Assembly: GCA_027604505.1 (NCBI GenBank)
Contig: JADIIX010000012.1
Location: 186,001 to 250,000 of the forward strand
Direction: 5' to 3'
Source of the DNA: Gonapodya sp. JEL0774
Lineage: Eukaryota
DNA: 64,000 nt
The notes under the pieces are model-generated. The model saw only the letters and a list, made by a program, of their open reading frames with translations. It did not search any database and was not told the origin of the DNA. Within the stretch, counting starts at the first letter, position 1. Each line of letters begins with the position of its first letter. Shown piece after piece: positions 1-18,100 of the stretch. A program made the position numbers and the translations under genes.

Positions 1-3681
<3,681 letters not shown>

Positions 3682-4135
3682 GAACGCGGAATTAGAGGCC
3701 GAACGGGGAGTTTTTGTTATGGCGACCGGATTGGTGCTGGGAAGGGACGTAATAAAAGCTGTGGCGGACCGCTGCCGCGGACAAGAAGTAAAAACTCCAA
3801 GGTTCGCGACTCCACTCTCCTCAATATTGTAACGAAATGAGCAGCATATTTATATGTTTGATGTAGACGGACTATATTTCGCCTTGAATTGGTCCGCAAG
3901 GATCAGAACGTGCCATCAGAACGAACGTCAGAGAACGTCCCTTATGAGAACCCTTTTATGGCAAGCAAAGACTGACTGAGAACAACTTATATGAGACCCA
4001 AAAATACATATTGAGCCGAATGCAAGAGCAAAAGGATACAATTTGATTTAACATTTGTAAGAAATCAATTTCCCCATCTGAACACGTGTGAACACGTCTC
4101 CGTTCTCATTACTATTGACCACGTCCTTCACGAAT

Positions 4136-5715
4136 TCAAAGCTGGTCCAAATCATCCGGTAACGGAGGTATATCTGGTTGACCCAACACAAATGGGTCCA
4201 TTTGTGGCATCATTGACAAAATAAATGTGTACACCACAGCGACCAAATCCATCAGAACCCTAACAGGCCAGGAAAAATGGACATGCGGTAACGTTTGCTG
4301 TTGCGCCGCTGTTGGGCTGGTTGGGTTCCTCATGGAGTCGTCTCCCGAATTAGAACTTGCTGGGATGCCGTCGCCGACACCAAGGATGAAATTTCTTCCT
4401 CTTCGCCAGCCATCCCAGCTGGCAATGGCATCCAAACGCAAGATGCCTGTCTGCAATATAAAGACCACCACGGCACTTGTGACCAGCATTGTGAAACGTT
4501 CTGTCGACGTATTTTGCCCGAAGAGGTACACGACAATGGCAAGTCGCATGAGCAACATCACATGCACGAATGGATTAGCAGCCCTCAAGTCTGCAGGTAA
4601 CGCGACGCGGAGTCGGCCGAACAGCTCTCGGACGTTTTGGGCAAGTGCCCCAACATCCGCGTAAGCGAGTAACCCTTGAGGGATGGCTGCAACCGGACCA
4701 TTGACATTCGGCACAGGGCGAACTTGACCGGTCCGAGGCACTGGAGTAGTGGAATGCATTGGTGTGGTGTGAGATTGGGGGACGGCGGAATGTGACGGGA
4801 CGGACGTGGGGTGAAATTGAGGAAAGGCGGGGTATGAAGGGTCACCTCCGAATGCTTGCGGAGCAAAGAAGGGTACGTTGGCGTTCGAATCAAGAACATA
4901 GGGTGTGTACCATGTTGGTGCTCTTGGAAGTGAGGAGTTCCAAAGTGATGGTATCGAATGCAAGGGGGGCAGGAATGCTGTGGGAATGTTGGTCAGGGCA
5001 TACGGAAGCCCACTGCAACAAGAAAACAGCGTTCAGAGAACAAATCTAGATTTTAAAGAATCAGTAATTCTATGTTCTTACTTAATATACACGACTTGTG
5101 GCACCACGTTTCCAGCAGATTGAACAGACGCAACAGCGGGTGTCTCACTAGATGCTGCAGGAGCCGATGATTCCGATAAGCGCTCAGTATCTGAAGTCGT
5201 GGCTGAATAAGGAGCGCGTCGGTGAACGTTTGACGAGGCTTGTAGATGGCTCGGTGCACTGAGTGACGTTGACCACGAAGTGCCCACTCGGTTCGGCTTA
5301 AGCTCCAAGAAGCTCGGCGGAGCTCCTCGAGAAACCATAATCAGGGTTTGAATGGACGCCGGATCGGCCTGGACGTGGGTGAAAGGATCACTTTCAAATG
5401 TCCGTGAGCCTTCTCCAAACTAGATGGCAAACTTACTCGTTTAAAAACGTTCTTCAACAGCTCATCGTCTTTCAAAATTCTTCCGCCGTATATCAGAGCC
5501 TGGGTCGTTGGTGGCGGGTGATTTGGGTGATCTCGTTCCAGTTTCAGTTTGATATCCCGCAGAGTAATCTCTGGAGAATCCGGTAACGCCAGAATAATGT
5601 CCTCACCCCACATAGAGCGGATGCACACATGAAGAGCCAGCTCCCCATGGAGCTGCGTGTCTCGCACCACCGCTTTCCCGCGATCCCGATACGAATCCCC
5701 CGGATTATCCGCCAT
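4136..5715 (-). CDS. Ubiquitin-like domain membrane protein, HERP/Usa1-like (ERAD scaffold type)
   Basis: N-terminal UBL (ITLRDIKLKLERDHPNHPPPTTQALIYGGRILKDDELLKNVF), a Pro/Ser-rich middle, and a C-terminal hydrophobic hairpin (LLMRLAIVVYLFG...FILQTG; VVYTFILSMMP). The start at ATG 5715 is uncertain. Confidence 0.65.
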
Positions 5716-5939
5716 CGGTGTGAAGGGAGGAACACTCGAGCTTTGCTCGGGTCCAGTCGGGGACAAAGAAAATGGTCCAGCGGATGTGCTGTTTAAGTGT
5801 TTGTCAATTGCCACCGTTGCATATTATTGAACACAGCAAGTGAAAACTCGCTCAGGCAGCACAATTCGAAAACACACACATCGTTTTCACTGCACACATT
5901 TTACGGACTACATCCTCCAGACATTTTCTACGATTTTCT

Positions 5940-7282
5940 CTACTTCTTCTTCGCTGGCTGTGACAGTGCCGGCTGCTGCATGAATAGAGGCAACAAGTGA
6001 ATGCCATTAACCAAAACGCCACCGACATTTCCGAGCGTCGCAACCGGATGTGAGACGTTGGGAATGTTGACTAACTTCTTTGGTGGGCGCCCGCGCTTGG
6101 CTGGAGGGGGGAGAGCCATCTGAAGTGGCAGCGACAATGGGACTCCGGTTGAGTTGCCAGGGGAAATTACGGCTGGAGATGTGACCGATGGTGATGCCAC
6201 TGGTAGTGCGAAGATTTCCCCATCTTCCGTCAATCCCCAGGAAGGGGGAGGCAGGGGACCACCCGAGACAGCAGGTCCGTTCTTTGTCACTTGCAGAGAA
6301 CCATCCCGCCAAGCGACCCCGTTCTCTTCATAAACCTGCTTCAACGTCTTCGGAGTGCGAGGTTTGGATCCATCTCCATTCACCTGGATGGAGCTCTTCT
6401 CATCGCAGGCAGCGAGCCCACGCAGCCAGATCACTTCCATCTCCATCTCCTTCACTCGTCTCTCCAAGATTTCAGCACGAATGATCGCATCTCGTGCTGT
6501 GTTCTCCACCTGCATCTCCCTCATTTTCTTTTTAGCTCGGAACCGGGCACTAGCCTGGTTGTTGCGAAATCGCTTGTCCACTGGTGCAGCTGGAGGGGAC
6601 TGCTCTGACTGATGCGTACCGCCTTCCGAATTTAAACTGGAGATAGCAATATCTGGCATCGTCTTGGAGCTGGGGACTTCAGATTGAGCGCCTGATTCCG
6701 ACTCAAGACGTTGTCTTTTGGCAGGGGGCTCCAGGAAGACAGCAGGATCAAAAACAAAGTCACTGCCGAAGGGACAGTAGTACCACGCATGAAAATTGTG
6801 TCCCCATATCAACACAACTCGTGTATGGTGTGAGCTCACCCGTCCCCGTCAGCACGAATAAAATCATTGACATCACGTTTCTCCTTCACCGGTGGCATAG
6901 AGAGGCTTGATACACCTTTCCCCATGTATTGTTGCTTCCTTTGCAGAAGAGCCAGGGCGGTGGATGGAGTCGCCGCAAGTTTGTTCGGACCCATCGTGGC
7001 AGATCGAGGCAGTGTTTGCAATGTGTAGTGGGCTGACATGTCCAACGGCCCACGTTTATCTCCGTATGCAGACGAATAGTCTGATGCATAAAGACTGTCC
7101 ATCTCCGGTTGTCCCGCCCTGTTGGTTCCGAGTGGGGATGTGAAATCGTCATCAAATGTGAACTCTGAAGGGAAGTTCAGGAACAAATCGTCTAAGGCGG
7201 AGTTTTGGACATCCACATCATTTCCTTCATCCACGAAGGGAAGGTTCAGGAAGCTGATGTTGTCGTGTTGATGGAACGTCAT
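5940..7282 (-). CDS. bZIP transcription factor, CYS-3/MetR/Zip1-like, with AT-hook-like KRGRP motif
   Basis: DKRFRNNQASARFRAKKKMRE...RVKEMEMEVIWLRGL matches the fungal sulfur-regulator bZIP pattern (KRRRNTAASARFR.KKK...ENKWLK.L). There is an acidic N-terminal exon and an intron with donor GTGAGC near 6838. Confidence 0.8.
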
Positions 7283-7999
7283 TTGTCTTTCCGATGGAGT
7301 GGTCGAGAAACGAATCGAATCGACAATCACGACAGGTGACGTGTAGTCCAATCTTGAAGTAGCGTCAGTATTCCAATACGATTCGTTTGGCCAGTTCCAG
7401 AGGGTGTTCAGCAAGGATGAGTGGATTACGAAACCACCCGACTTCACAACATGAACTCAAAACTCACAATTTGACTCAAAAATTGGACCGCAGAAGGAAC
7501 AAAAATGATCCGTTGGTCCTCGGAGCACTCGCTAGTCAGCTCCCTACGTCGGAAGATTCCACTGGGGTGAAAGAAACTGCTGGCTACTGCATCGACATGG
7601 CACAGGTCGCAAAAACACACTGTGAGGCGCTCGACTACTAACGGCTTCCCGGACCGCGCGATCCGGATACGCCATCCCAACCATAGACTATTTACCCATA
7701 CTCCTCTGAAAAATGCAATGCAATTGACATTTGTCTACCTGGACGTCCCTTGAAAGGATAAACAGGTCCACTGATTGAACTGTAAATCCATACTACCAGA
7801 AGTCCTCGGTCTCGGTCATTCTCGGCTCAGAAAATGGAAAGGCGATAAACACAAATGTTTTCTTCATAGAAATGAAGGGGACGAAATGTGCGGTGTTGTC
7901 CCAAATTGGAAACAACAAATTTCTCAGCCACCCTGTTCAGCTCCTTATATTAGCCTGTCTGTGATTGAACGTTCCTCTCACAATCTCCATCTCCACAGG

Positions 8000-9598
8000 A
8001 TGCGGTATCTCACTCTTCTCGCAGCGGCGGGTGCTCTTTTCTCGTCCGTCAACGCTCAGACCATTGCGGATCTCATCAAGGCAAATCCCAACATGGTAAA
8101 TGTTCCCTCACTTCGTTCACCAATTTTGCAAACCCCGATTGATCTCTCCAATCACGGCATCTTTTGCAGACGGAAATTGCCAAGGTATTTAGTCTCTCGA
8201 TTGTGTTTCTTGCCATCGAAGACCAGCTCCTTCCTTTGCTGTTTTCCGAACTTGGCCTCTTGATTCTGACATACCCATTCCTTCCTTCTGCCAGCTGATT
8301 CCTTCTAATCCCGACTGGAGTGTAGCGGCAGTGAACAAGACCCTCTTTGCTCCAACCGACGCTGCTGTTCGTGCGGCGTACCCCGGTGGAATCACCACCG
8401 CCCCTGCACCTCAGGTGAACTTGCTGTTCAGAACATTGGAAGTACTTTCTCAAGTGCTCAATTCATATCACACATGAAATCAGGGCTTCTTGTACCTCGC
8501 TACCAAGCGGATCGATCCCACTACGTACAAACGTTACGATGTAATTCAAGACGCAGCAGGAGCCATTTCTGCTGTTTACGACAACTATGTGGAGCCTCCC
8601 CAAGTTGAAGTCCACCTCCGCACAGGCACAAACGAGGTTGTTGGGATGCTGGGAGACGTCTCTTCGAACACCGGAGGTGTCCTTGTCGGCTTGAATGGCG
8701 TTCTTGCTGCCAACTTGCCCCCATTCGAGACTGCCAACACGACCACCCAGACTACCATCGGAGGATGGGCCTCAGCAATTCAGGCTGTGGGCCTCTCGAC
8801 TTACTTTGCAACACTCAAGGAGCACACCTTGTGAGTTTTGATGTTCCCCCAGTAACAACCAGCGTTGAGCTGAAAGTGGTGCAATCGATTTCTCTCAGCT
8901 ACGTTCCTACGGACACTGCTTTCTCCAGTGTCCTGACTACTCTGTCGACCCTCACCCCGAACCAGATAGCCGCAATTTTGCTGTACCACGTTGTACCCGT
9001 TCGAGTCAACTCAGTTGATCTCCCCACCGACAACAACATCACCACACTCCTCGGGAGCCCATACTCTATTAGGCTCAGATATGGTGGAGAGGGTACCAGC
9101 ACTATAAACGATGCTACTCTGGGAATTCCTGGTGACATCGAGACTACTGCAGGACCCATTCAGATTATCAACAAGGTGACTGCCAGCAGATTATGTCAAG
9201 AGATCAAAGAACTGACCATTTCTTTGCATTTGTGTTACTCCCCAGGTATTGCTTCCCAATGGGAGCATTCCTCCTGCGAATATTCAGCTTCCTGCTGGTG
9301 TCCTTGCTGCTGCTGCGACCACTACAACTACTTCGTAGGTAGCTCCACTTAGAAATGAAGCTCGCTTACTTCTGATTACATTCTTTTTCGCGTCAGTCGT
9401 ACCGTGGCGGCAACTTCGGCAACTTCGGCATCGACAGCGAGGGCCGCAACCAGCTCCGCGGCTGCTTCGACCACTGCTGCCGCACCGAGTGCGGCGTCTA
9501 CTGGTACCGGAACTGCAAAGGCAGGGTCTGCGGGCAAGGTTGTTGTTGGCACATCGATTGTTGGAATTATCGCTGCAGGGTTTGCGATTGCATTGTGA
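8000..9598 (+). CDS. Secreted fasciclin (FAS1) domain protein, probably GPI-anchored
   Basis: Signal peptide MRYLTLLAAAGALFSSVNAQ; FAS1 motifs TLFAPTDAA, YVPTDTAF, ILLYHVVP and GPIQIINKV; Ser/Thr/Ala stalk and hydrophobic C-terminus SIVGIIAAGFAIAL*. Confidence 0.8.
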
Positions 9599-10173
9599 AC
9601 CGATCTCCGAGACTGGGTAGCAGCACGTACTTGAACTCGAAAATGACATGGAAAATTAGGATTATTGGAGACCTGAATATATAATTGCATGCATACTTCG
9701 CAAATGCAAATTGTGAACCAAACAGAGAGTGAGCGGGGGGAGGTGGTGACCACAGCCTGAGAGGTAAAGTCCTAGGTTGGCAAGGAGACAATTCATGGCA
9801 CCTTCATGGCGCGTCTCCCTCTTTCTCCATCCCTGTGACGTGAGTGAAGACAAAGTCTTCGGAAATCAATACTTGAGAGTACTAGAGCTGTTGAAAATGA
9901 TATTCGTACGAACCACGGACTCTGCTTCATTTCAAACCATCTATTATCTCGTTAAGTTCTTATTTGATGCAGCTCCCAAATCTAATTATGTAAATGAAAA
10001 TGATCGAGTGGAACATGAACACCGGCTCGGCTAATCCCAACATAACATCCTGACCAACTTGCGAATTGTCCCAGTCGCTGCCACAAACGCTTCTGTGACA
10101 AAATTAAAACGACGAGAAAGCCTACCGATAGGTAGAAGCTCGTTTGAACTGAAAGCTCCAGAGCTCGCGAACG

Positions 10174-13100
10174 ATGTCGTCCCAGTCTCCTATGCTCCAT
10201 ATCCCACTCAAAAAGACGGATGAAGTTGATTTTGGGCCTGCATTTCGACAGTTCATAGCGGCCACCTATCAGGAAGAGCCAGAGAAGTATGCGCTTGAGA
10301 TCGAGACTCTCAACAAACTCAGACAAGATATTCGCGGCGTCGGGAAGGACATGACTGGTCGAGATATCCTGTACCGATACTATGGTCAGTTGGAGCTGCT
10401 TGACTTGAGATTTCCTATTGAAGAGAAGACCGTGAAAATCGTGTTCAACTGGTAAGCTGCAGATAGCATGAACCTTGCACATGTCGTCTGGTTGAATGCT
10501 CCTCGTTTCTAAATCATTCAATAGGTACGACGCTTTCTCTTCTGCGAAAGTTTCTCAGCATTCGGTCGCGTATGAGAAGGCTTGTGTTATATTCAACCTT
10601 GCCGGAGTGTGCTCAGCAATTGGATCATTCCAAAACCGCACAGCTGCAGTTGCGGAAACCTCGTCAGGAGCGACAACGCCTACGTCGTCGTCAGCCTCTA
10701 CCCAAGGCTCTGGCCTGAAGCTGGCGTTTAATTATTTTCAATGCGCCGCCGGTCTGTTTCAATTTATAAACGACAACTTCCTGCATGCACCGTCCGTGGA
10801 TTTGGGTCGAGATTCGATCAAGTGTTTGTCAGAGCTCATGCTCGCCCAAGCCCAAGAGACTTTTTTCGAAAAGGTCGTCATTGAAAAAAAAAAGGGCGCC
10901 CTTCCCGCCAAACTGGCGGGACAGTGTGGAGCCATGTACAACGAGGTGTATGACGCTATGAATGGTGCTGTTCTCAAGACTCAATTCGAAAGGACCTGGT
11001 GCTTGCTTCTGCAAGTATGTTGCCACTACGCTGATCACGTGCTCGCTTAGTCTGTGCTTCAATTGAGTTTTATGCTCTTGCAGATAAAAGGTAAATATTT
11101 TCAAGCGATGGCTCAGTACCATCGCTCGATAGCATGTGAAGCTGAGTCAAAAGTAAGTGCCCATTCGCGAACTTACTTAATTTGTCTTACGGTAATCGTG
11201 GGATGGACTGTCTAGTACGGGGAGCGGGTTGCCCGTTTGATAGCTGCTGAAACTCTCGCGAAAGAAGCCAACAAGCTCGCTTCGTCCTTCGCGTCTGCAT
11301 ACCCTTCCTTCTTCATATCCACGGACAATTCGGCGGGCGCAGCTGCTAGTGTCACAGCTGGTGGTATTTCGGACTTTTTCGGAGTCGGAGCTTCAACGTC
11401 GGGTCCTGCAGCTGGTGCATCGTCGTCTTCGCAAGCCATGCTGGAAATGACTCGAACCCTTCTCACCAGCGTGACGGACTTAAAGAACCTTGCGCAGAAA
11501 GGTGAGGCAGAATCTCCACGAGCAAGGTTGTTGTATCCGACACTGTCGTCGCTTTCGTGCATAGATAATGACCTTATCTACCATGATACCATCCCTTCGA
11601 GCGATAGCCTGGAATCTGTTCCCAAGCTGCAAGCTGTCAAGCCCCTTACATTTGCAGAGGTCTGTGCCGGTGGGGCATCCGACATCCCTAAAATTGTTGG
11701 TCCCGATATATTCGCAAAATTGGTTCCCATTTCGGTTCACGAAGCCTCGTCCTGCTATTCAGAGGAGAAGGCAAAGCTATGGCGTGGCGAGGAGGCGAAA
11801 GTCGCTGAGGCAGATGGGGAATTGCAGGCGACAATCGCAAGTATGGACATTAACAAAACTCTGGATCAGCTTAGGAGGCTAGGCAGGCCTGATGCTGGAG
11901 CCGATGAATTTAAAACTTTGCCACCAGAAGTGCGAGAGTGGTGTGAGGAAATAGGTAGCAATGAGGGTGGTAGGGCCGGAGGAGAGAGCCTCGATGAGAT
12001 GACTGGCGTCTTGGAAGGATTAAAAGCGAGAGCAAAGGAGGCATTGCAAGGTGTGGGGCTGGCGTTGGATGATGAGCAACGGGAATGCGAAGGAATGCGA
12101 ATGAAGGTATGCGTCGACCTTGTTGCCACAGAATTTTGACCGCAAATCTCAAGATGTATGTTGGACATTTCTCAGTTCATGGAGCTTTGGTCTCAGGAGC
12201 CGTCGATTCGTCTGACATCCACTATTCGCGCTGATATTCGGCGCCACCGCGAGGCCTTAGAAAAGGCGCAAGAAACTGATTTTGCTTTGATGAACAAGGT
12301 ATCCGAGTGCAAGTCCGATTTGGAGATCCTTTCGAAGCCTGTGAACGAGGTTGCAAAGCTCTTCGCGGAAGTGGTCACTGCTGGTGACTCTTCCATCAGT
12401 TCTGGTGGTGATTTGTTCGGCGGCTCCACAGTCAAGGTTGGAACTTTGTTGGATGAAGATGTCGTGGGCTCTGAGAAGGATGGAGCACTTGGAGTTCTCG
12501 GAGAGCAGTTGCTCATAGAACGAATGGATAGTTACTTGGTGAAGCTTAGGCAGCTAAAAAAGGAGCGAGGAGACATTGTCGAGGAGCTTAAAACGAAGGT
12601 CAGTGTGCCATCCATATGATTGCGCAGGCTCGGTCTCACCGATTTATCGGACCAATGTCATAGTTGCATTCAGACGATATTTCGCCACTTCTCTTGCTGA
12701 ACAAGAACAAGGAGGCACAATTGTTTCATTCCGAGCTTGGCAAGTTTAAACCGTTCCAAGTTCGACTCCAGTCGAACATTGCCCAGCAATCACAACTTTT
12801 GGCGGAAATTGGTAACGAGTACACAAGGTTGAAAAACAGCTCATTCGGGATGAAAATTTTGGAACAGCGTGAAAAGCGCCGTGTTGCATTGGTCTCGAGG
12901 TGGCAGCGCGCTTGGGAGACTTGGAGAGAATGCAGGGAAGGGTTTCGAAAAGGTATCAAATTCTACGCTGATCTTACGGACATGATCGATCGAACGGGAG
13001 AGGACTCAAAAGAGTTCGTCAGGCGTCGAGCTGAAGAAAGGAACACTCTGGCTCAGAGTTTGCACAACGATCTTGCCGAGCGTGGACAGAGACAATTGAA

Positions 13101-15122
13101 AGAGCAACTTGAGAGATTGAAACTTGGGAGTGGATCACCAGCGCAGCCAAATGCTTCGCCACCACTTCCACCTCCCATCGCCAGCCGTTTACCGCCTCAA
13201 GTTCAGTCTCCAGTGCCTCCCATTGTTTCGTCATTTGCGAGGGATCTCAGCTCCGGAGGTACTCCAACCACAGCTGTACCATTACCTGAACCTGCTCAAT
13301 TATATGGGCAAAATGGGGATCCTACAACACCAACAGCTCCGCCAGTGTCACCCTTTCCAACATATGTTCAGCCGCCACCACCGTCAGCGCCAACCTTCTC
13401 CCAGTTTCCTTCTGCACCCAATCAGCACAGTGGACCAGCATTGAATGTGCAAGGACTGTACCGACCTGCCCCACCTGTGCCATATGGTGCCATCGAAAGT
13501 GCCCGTCCAGCATACATTTCTCAGCCTCAACCACCATCGCAGGCACTATCATACGGAATGGCCTCGGGACCACCTTATTCAAATGCTCCATCTCCAGCGC
13601 ACGGTCATCCCTTGCCTCAATTTAATAGCTCTGTGCCTCCTACGATGCCTCCATGGTCCTCTGTATCTTCAAACGCGCCCTTGGAGCCCTATCAAGCGGG
13701 CCGGGGTCCTTCTTACCAGAATCTACAACAACCAATGCCTACTAGTATGTCGCAGCAACCTCAACAGTCTCCAGCAGAATACAGACCCTCCGGAACACAT
13801 CCAGTTTCACAGACTTACCCGCAATCGACTGTCCCGAGTCAACCTTCCGTGCAAACGCCACTGCTCTACCAGCAAACCCCACAAACACAAAATGCATTCG
13901 CCCAGAGGCCGGAGGGATATCAGCAACTCACTCCTTATCCTTTCGATTCGACCTCGCAGCAACAACAAGGGATGGTGCCTCAATCACAGCCGCTTCCCCA
14001 TTCGTACCAAACGAGAGCGCAAGTCCAGGGACAAACCCTTCCGTCCAACATTTATCCTCACCAAGGAATGCCTCTTTTCGGCCTGTCAGGAACATCCCCA
14101 TCTCCCCCATCTCTTAACCACGGCCAGCTACCTGTGTTGCGACCACAGTATGACCCAGCACAGAATGTACCTCAAACGCAATTTCAGCAAAGGCCGCCAG
14201 GGCTTCCTGTTCCCGATTTCCAGGGCTCGACAATGTCTAATTCTCCATATTCCCGACCTCCTCAGCCTCTCGATCAGCAGCAGTCCTTCGGACAGCAGGC
14301 GCCACCGCCCCAATCAGCTTCACAAATGTTTCCGCAAGACTTCCCCCGGGCTCAGCAGTATGGTACGAGCGGTCCACATCAACATGTCCAAACGCGTGCA
14401 GCTGGCCCTCCCAGCAATGGGTTGCAAGGTTCCTATTCTGCGATCCCATCGCTTGGGGGATCTCAGATTCATCGCCCCGCTACGTTAGAACAACACTACA
14501 CTGGGACGGCCCAGCAATCTGTGTCAATGCCCAACCCTCAGCATTTCCAAGGGCCACAAATCCACATCAGTCCGATGCCCACACCAACAGGTCTGTAGTC
14601 TTTTGTGCTCGTCAACCGTGCCCTCTTTTCACTCCCAACCAACAGGTCCTCCAATGCCGTATTCTCCGCTGAACATGAATCCGACAGTTGGATCGAATTA
14701 TCCGCCTCAGCAGCAGGTTGCCCCCCCGATGTAAGTCCACCACCTCGCCCCGTGAAATTGCACATTTTCAGACGGTCCATTTCCTTCACATTAGACCCCA
14801 CAAACCTGGAACTCTTGGTGTGTGACCGTTTGTACCCCGATCAATGATTCTTTACTTATCTGCTTTCTTAGGTGGACCTCCACCTCCTTTACCAGGTCAA
14901 ATTGTGAGACCATCAAACCCTCCAGGATTCTACACAGGTGCTGGGCAGCAGGCATGGAATCCACAGGGTCAATACTCTGCTCCGATGAATCCCCAAACGT
15001 ATGCACCAAACCCGTCTTTCGGACAACAGGTGAGATAGACCAATACTATCTATATGAGCATCCGGTGGCTAACGTACTATGCTAATTAGTGGAATAGTCA
15101 GACCGGCTACCCTCGAAATTAG
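10174..15122 (+). CDS. BRO1: BRO1-domain ESCRT accessory protein (Bro1/ALIX/HD-PTP family): Bro1 + V domain + Pro/Gln-rich tail
   Basis: MLHIPLKKTDEVDF, RDILYRYYGQLELLDLRFP, YEKACVIFNLA, LAQAQETF, DNDLIYHD, GPDIFAKLVP, YSEEKAKL, DDISPLLLLN and GIKFYADL. The last micro-exon WNSQTGYPRN* ends at 15122. Confidence 0.9.
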
Positions 15123-15148
15123 ATGTTTTGTAATCCCAGATATAAATG

Positions 15149-18100
15149 TCATGCACGTTTCGATAATATTTGAACGGCACCCTTTCCGTCATTGCGGAAG
15201 AAACTTAAAACAACAGGAGATCGAGACACTTTACGTTTCAAATCAAGCACTTGCATCAGGTAATTTATAACCTGTGGTCCTCTTGCCTGTGCAGATGCCT
15301 CGCTGACGAATGCTCCACACAGTGGAAAATCAGGGATGATTCGAGCTGCAGGAGCTTCACCGAATTCAATCGAAGCAACTTGTTGTGATACTGAGTTTGA
15401 TTTTATCTCAGAATTTGGCGAGGCAGAGCGCTTTGCCCCCATGCCTGCCTCGTCGGGAAAGTTTGAAATCAATTCTCGACTGTTTTCCTTCGTTAGACAA
15501 TGAATCCACCACGAGGCTTCCAGGAAGCTATCACTTACTGAAAGTCCATGAAGTCCCCAAATGTTTTATAAAGAAGTCTTTCTTCGCTTGTTCCTTGAGC
15601 CGTGGTGTATTGACACAGGAGATGGTACACACTCCAGATGAGCCCCAAGAAGAAAGAATACAAGTGGGTGACATCGATACACGTTCTGTTTCTCAGCTCT
15701 CATTCAAAGGGAATGATACACTCACTAGTCTCTCTCCGGGCCTTTCGACTCGCGGGTTATTGCTTTAATCTTGATCGAAGTCGGTACATTCCGAGCAAAT
15801 GTCATCGGCCTTAGGATATATCGACTGTTCAACAACGCACAGTCATGAAAAGACGGTACACATCTAACCTCGAAAGCCCGTTCAAGTTGAGAGAACTACC
15901 AGCGTCGGAGGAACTGCGGCTAGCTTCGTTCGACGTATCTGCAAGTGGAACTAAAATGCTAATGTCTCTCTTTGGTGCATCAACACATGCTTCCATTTCG
16001 TTGGGCAGTGGAGGCAGCGACCTTGTGTTTTGTCCATGCCGCGATGTTATTTGATTGTCCGTGAATTGCTTCTCTGTCAACTTCGAATATGCGTGCTCCG
16101 CTTCGGCCGCGGGAGTGTCAACATATCGCGCAAGTTCACGAGCGTCGACTGCGTGTTTTGTGTTACTAATTGGGCTATCACGAAATGAAGAACTTGTAGG
16201 GGCCGACTCTTTGTGGGTGCCTTGCGGTATTCCCATTGCAGCAGATCTCACGCTTGAACGCAAGGATTCGAAGTTTTCGGTCTCCCCAATGCCAGGTAGC
16301 GTGATCGAGAAATTCAAATCGAGTGTAGGTGCATTCAGTTGATACTTGGTTAGCAAGCCAAGACTCTGTCTCCGTGACTGGCTGTCGTGGTCACAACTTG
16401 CCCCAGCATCTGAGCTCTGACGATCTGTACTGGATGGAGAGCTTGATACTAATGACATGGCCGAGTCCAGGTCCGCGAACTTTCCATCTCGCAGTCGCCG
16501 AGTGATTTCGGGCCCTCCAACAAGAATCTTAGAAGAGCTCTGATCCAATGCATCGTCGGGCTTTCCTTCTGTCCGCTCGATCCAGGACTCAGTTGATTGA
16601 AAGTTCAGGATTGGGAGTCCCGTCTTGGAAGACTGAAAAGTAAATATCGCAGATCGAATCGCATTCAGCCATTCTGCTTTTGACTCTTTCGACCCCGCAA
16701 CAACTCTAAGTTTACTCTTGTTGCCAAAATGTGTAATTTCGAATGAATTTTGAAGATCTGAGGTCCGGAGTGTTGGACGAAGAACGAGAATGGGCAGAAA
16801 GACTTTTCTCACCTCTCGTATCATCCAAGTCTTGAACATATATTGCCTCTAGCGGAGGGGGCACAGTCCAGCTTATCATTCATCCGACCAAAACGTCTGT
16901 ACTCACCGAACGGGATTGTATCGACAAGTTTAAGCTTCGAATCTCCAAGGTTCTTAGCCACCAAAACCATGTCATTGAACAAGAAAAGCTCTCTTGGTTT
17001 GAGGTCACCTTTGGCCCACATGTGAAGGGATGGCCCGCTCTCTCGGACGAGCATGCGGCAGGGTGAAACAAGGTTGACCTTCTGAGAGAACCTCTCTTGC
17101 AACGAAAGAACCTGTCGAACCCCTTCAGCTTGACGTGTCGCCTCATTGACAATTGCCACGACGCTGCAATCGGTACAATATATCAGAATTCCAAGTGGCG
17201 TAGAAAAGACCACAATCCACCCACGTTTCGATCTTTAACAGAGCTTTCTCCAGATCCGTTGCATCTGGACTATCCACTGCTGTGTTTTTTAAGACTTCGC
17301 GGAGAAGCAATGGGTATTTACATATGCGCTGAATCGGCTTGAGCAAGAATGATTCAAGTCCCAGACTGAGTTGTAACTGCATCTGCGGGTCTGGGGTGCT
17401 CAAAGTAGCTGCAACGAACGATTTTGGCACCGACTCTAGAAACTTCGCAAGCTGTTTTTGCGTTGAAAGCTGCTTGAGCTTGACGATGGCTGTCTCAATG
17501 CTTGACCATCAAATACGGGGTTAACACCATGACATGCGACACAAACGCACCGTAAGGATGATTCGAGCAGTATATGTTGTAGATCTTCAGGTAGTCACTC
17601 TGATTACGTGCGAGTTGGCGCGTTGCCGTGGTTAGCTCGAAGCAAATTAAAGTTAGCAGCACACTGTCGTACCATTCTGAGAAAAATATCGCCAATGTCG
17701 TGTACAACAGCCGATCTCATTTGACGCTCCTCCAGCAGTCTGAGAAGCTCGCTATTGACAGGCAGAAGCTGCTCGAGGTTCGAAAAAACGTACGCCACGT
17801 CCTTTGGGCGAACGAATTTGCCCCTTCTCATAGGATTAATGAACCACTTTATGTATCAGACAGTGTGAAAGAACAGCTCTCAGAAATGAAGCAGTGTTTT
17901 CCAACACGCACCTCGATGATAATACCGAGATCTCGGATATAGTCCCTTTCCGTTCTAACGAGTTCGTGAATGACCTCTTGTCTTTTCTGCTCAACCTGGG
18001 ACAAGTTGAGTTCTTCAACCTTGTCATGGCCGCCCACACTATCAGCCCACGTCGCAAATCGAGGTGTGGCCGCGATCGGTGATGGAAGTTGTGTGACGTG

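Noticed and set aside
3902..3998. Short repeated agaacg/atgagaac words upstream of the ATPase
   Set aside because: Could be regulatory, but too short and irregular to support a call.
13445..14488. 347-aa alternative-frame ORF within the BRO1 tail
   Set aside because: Shadow ORF of a Pro/Gln-rich, stop-poor exon; no recognisable domain.
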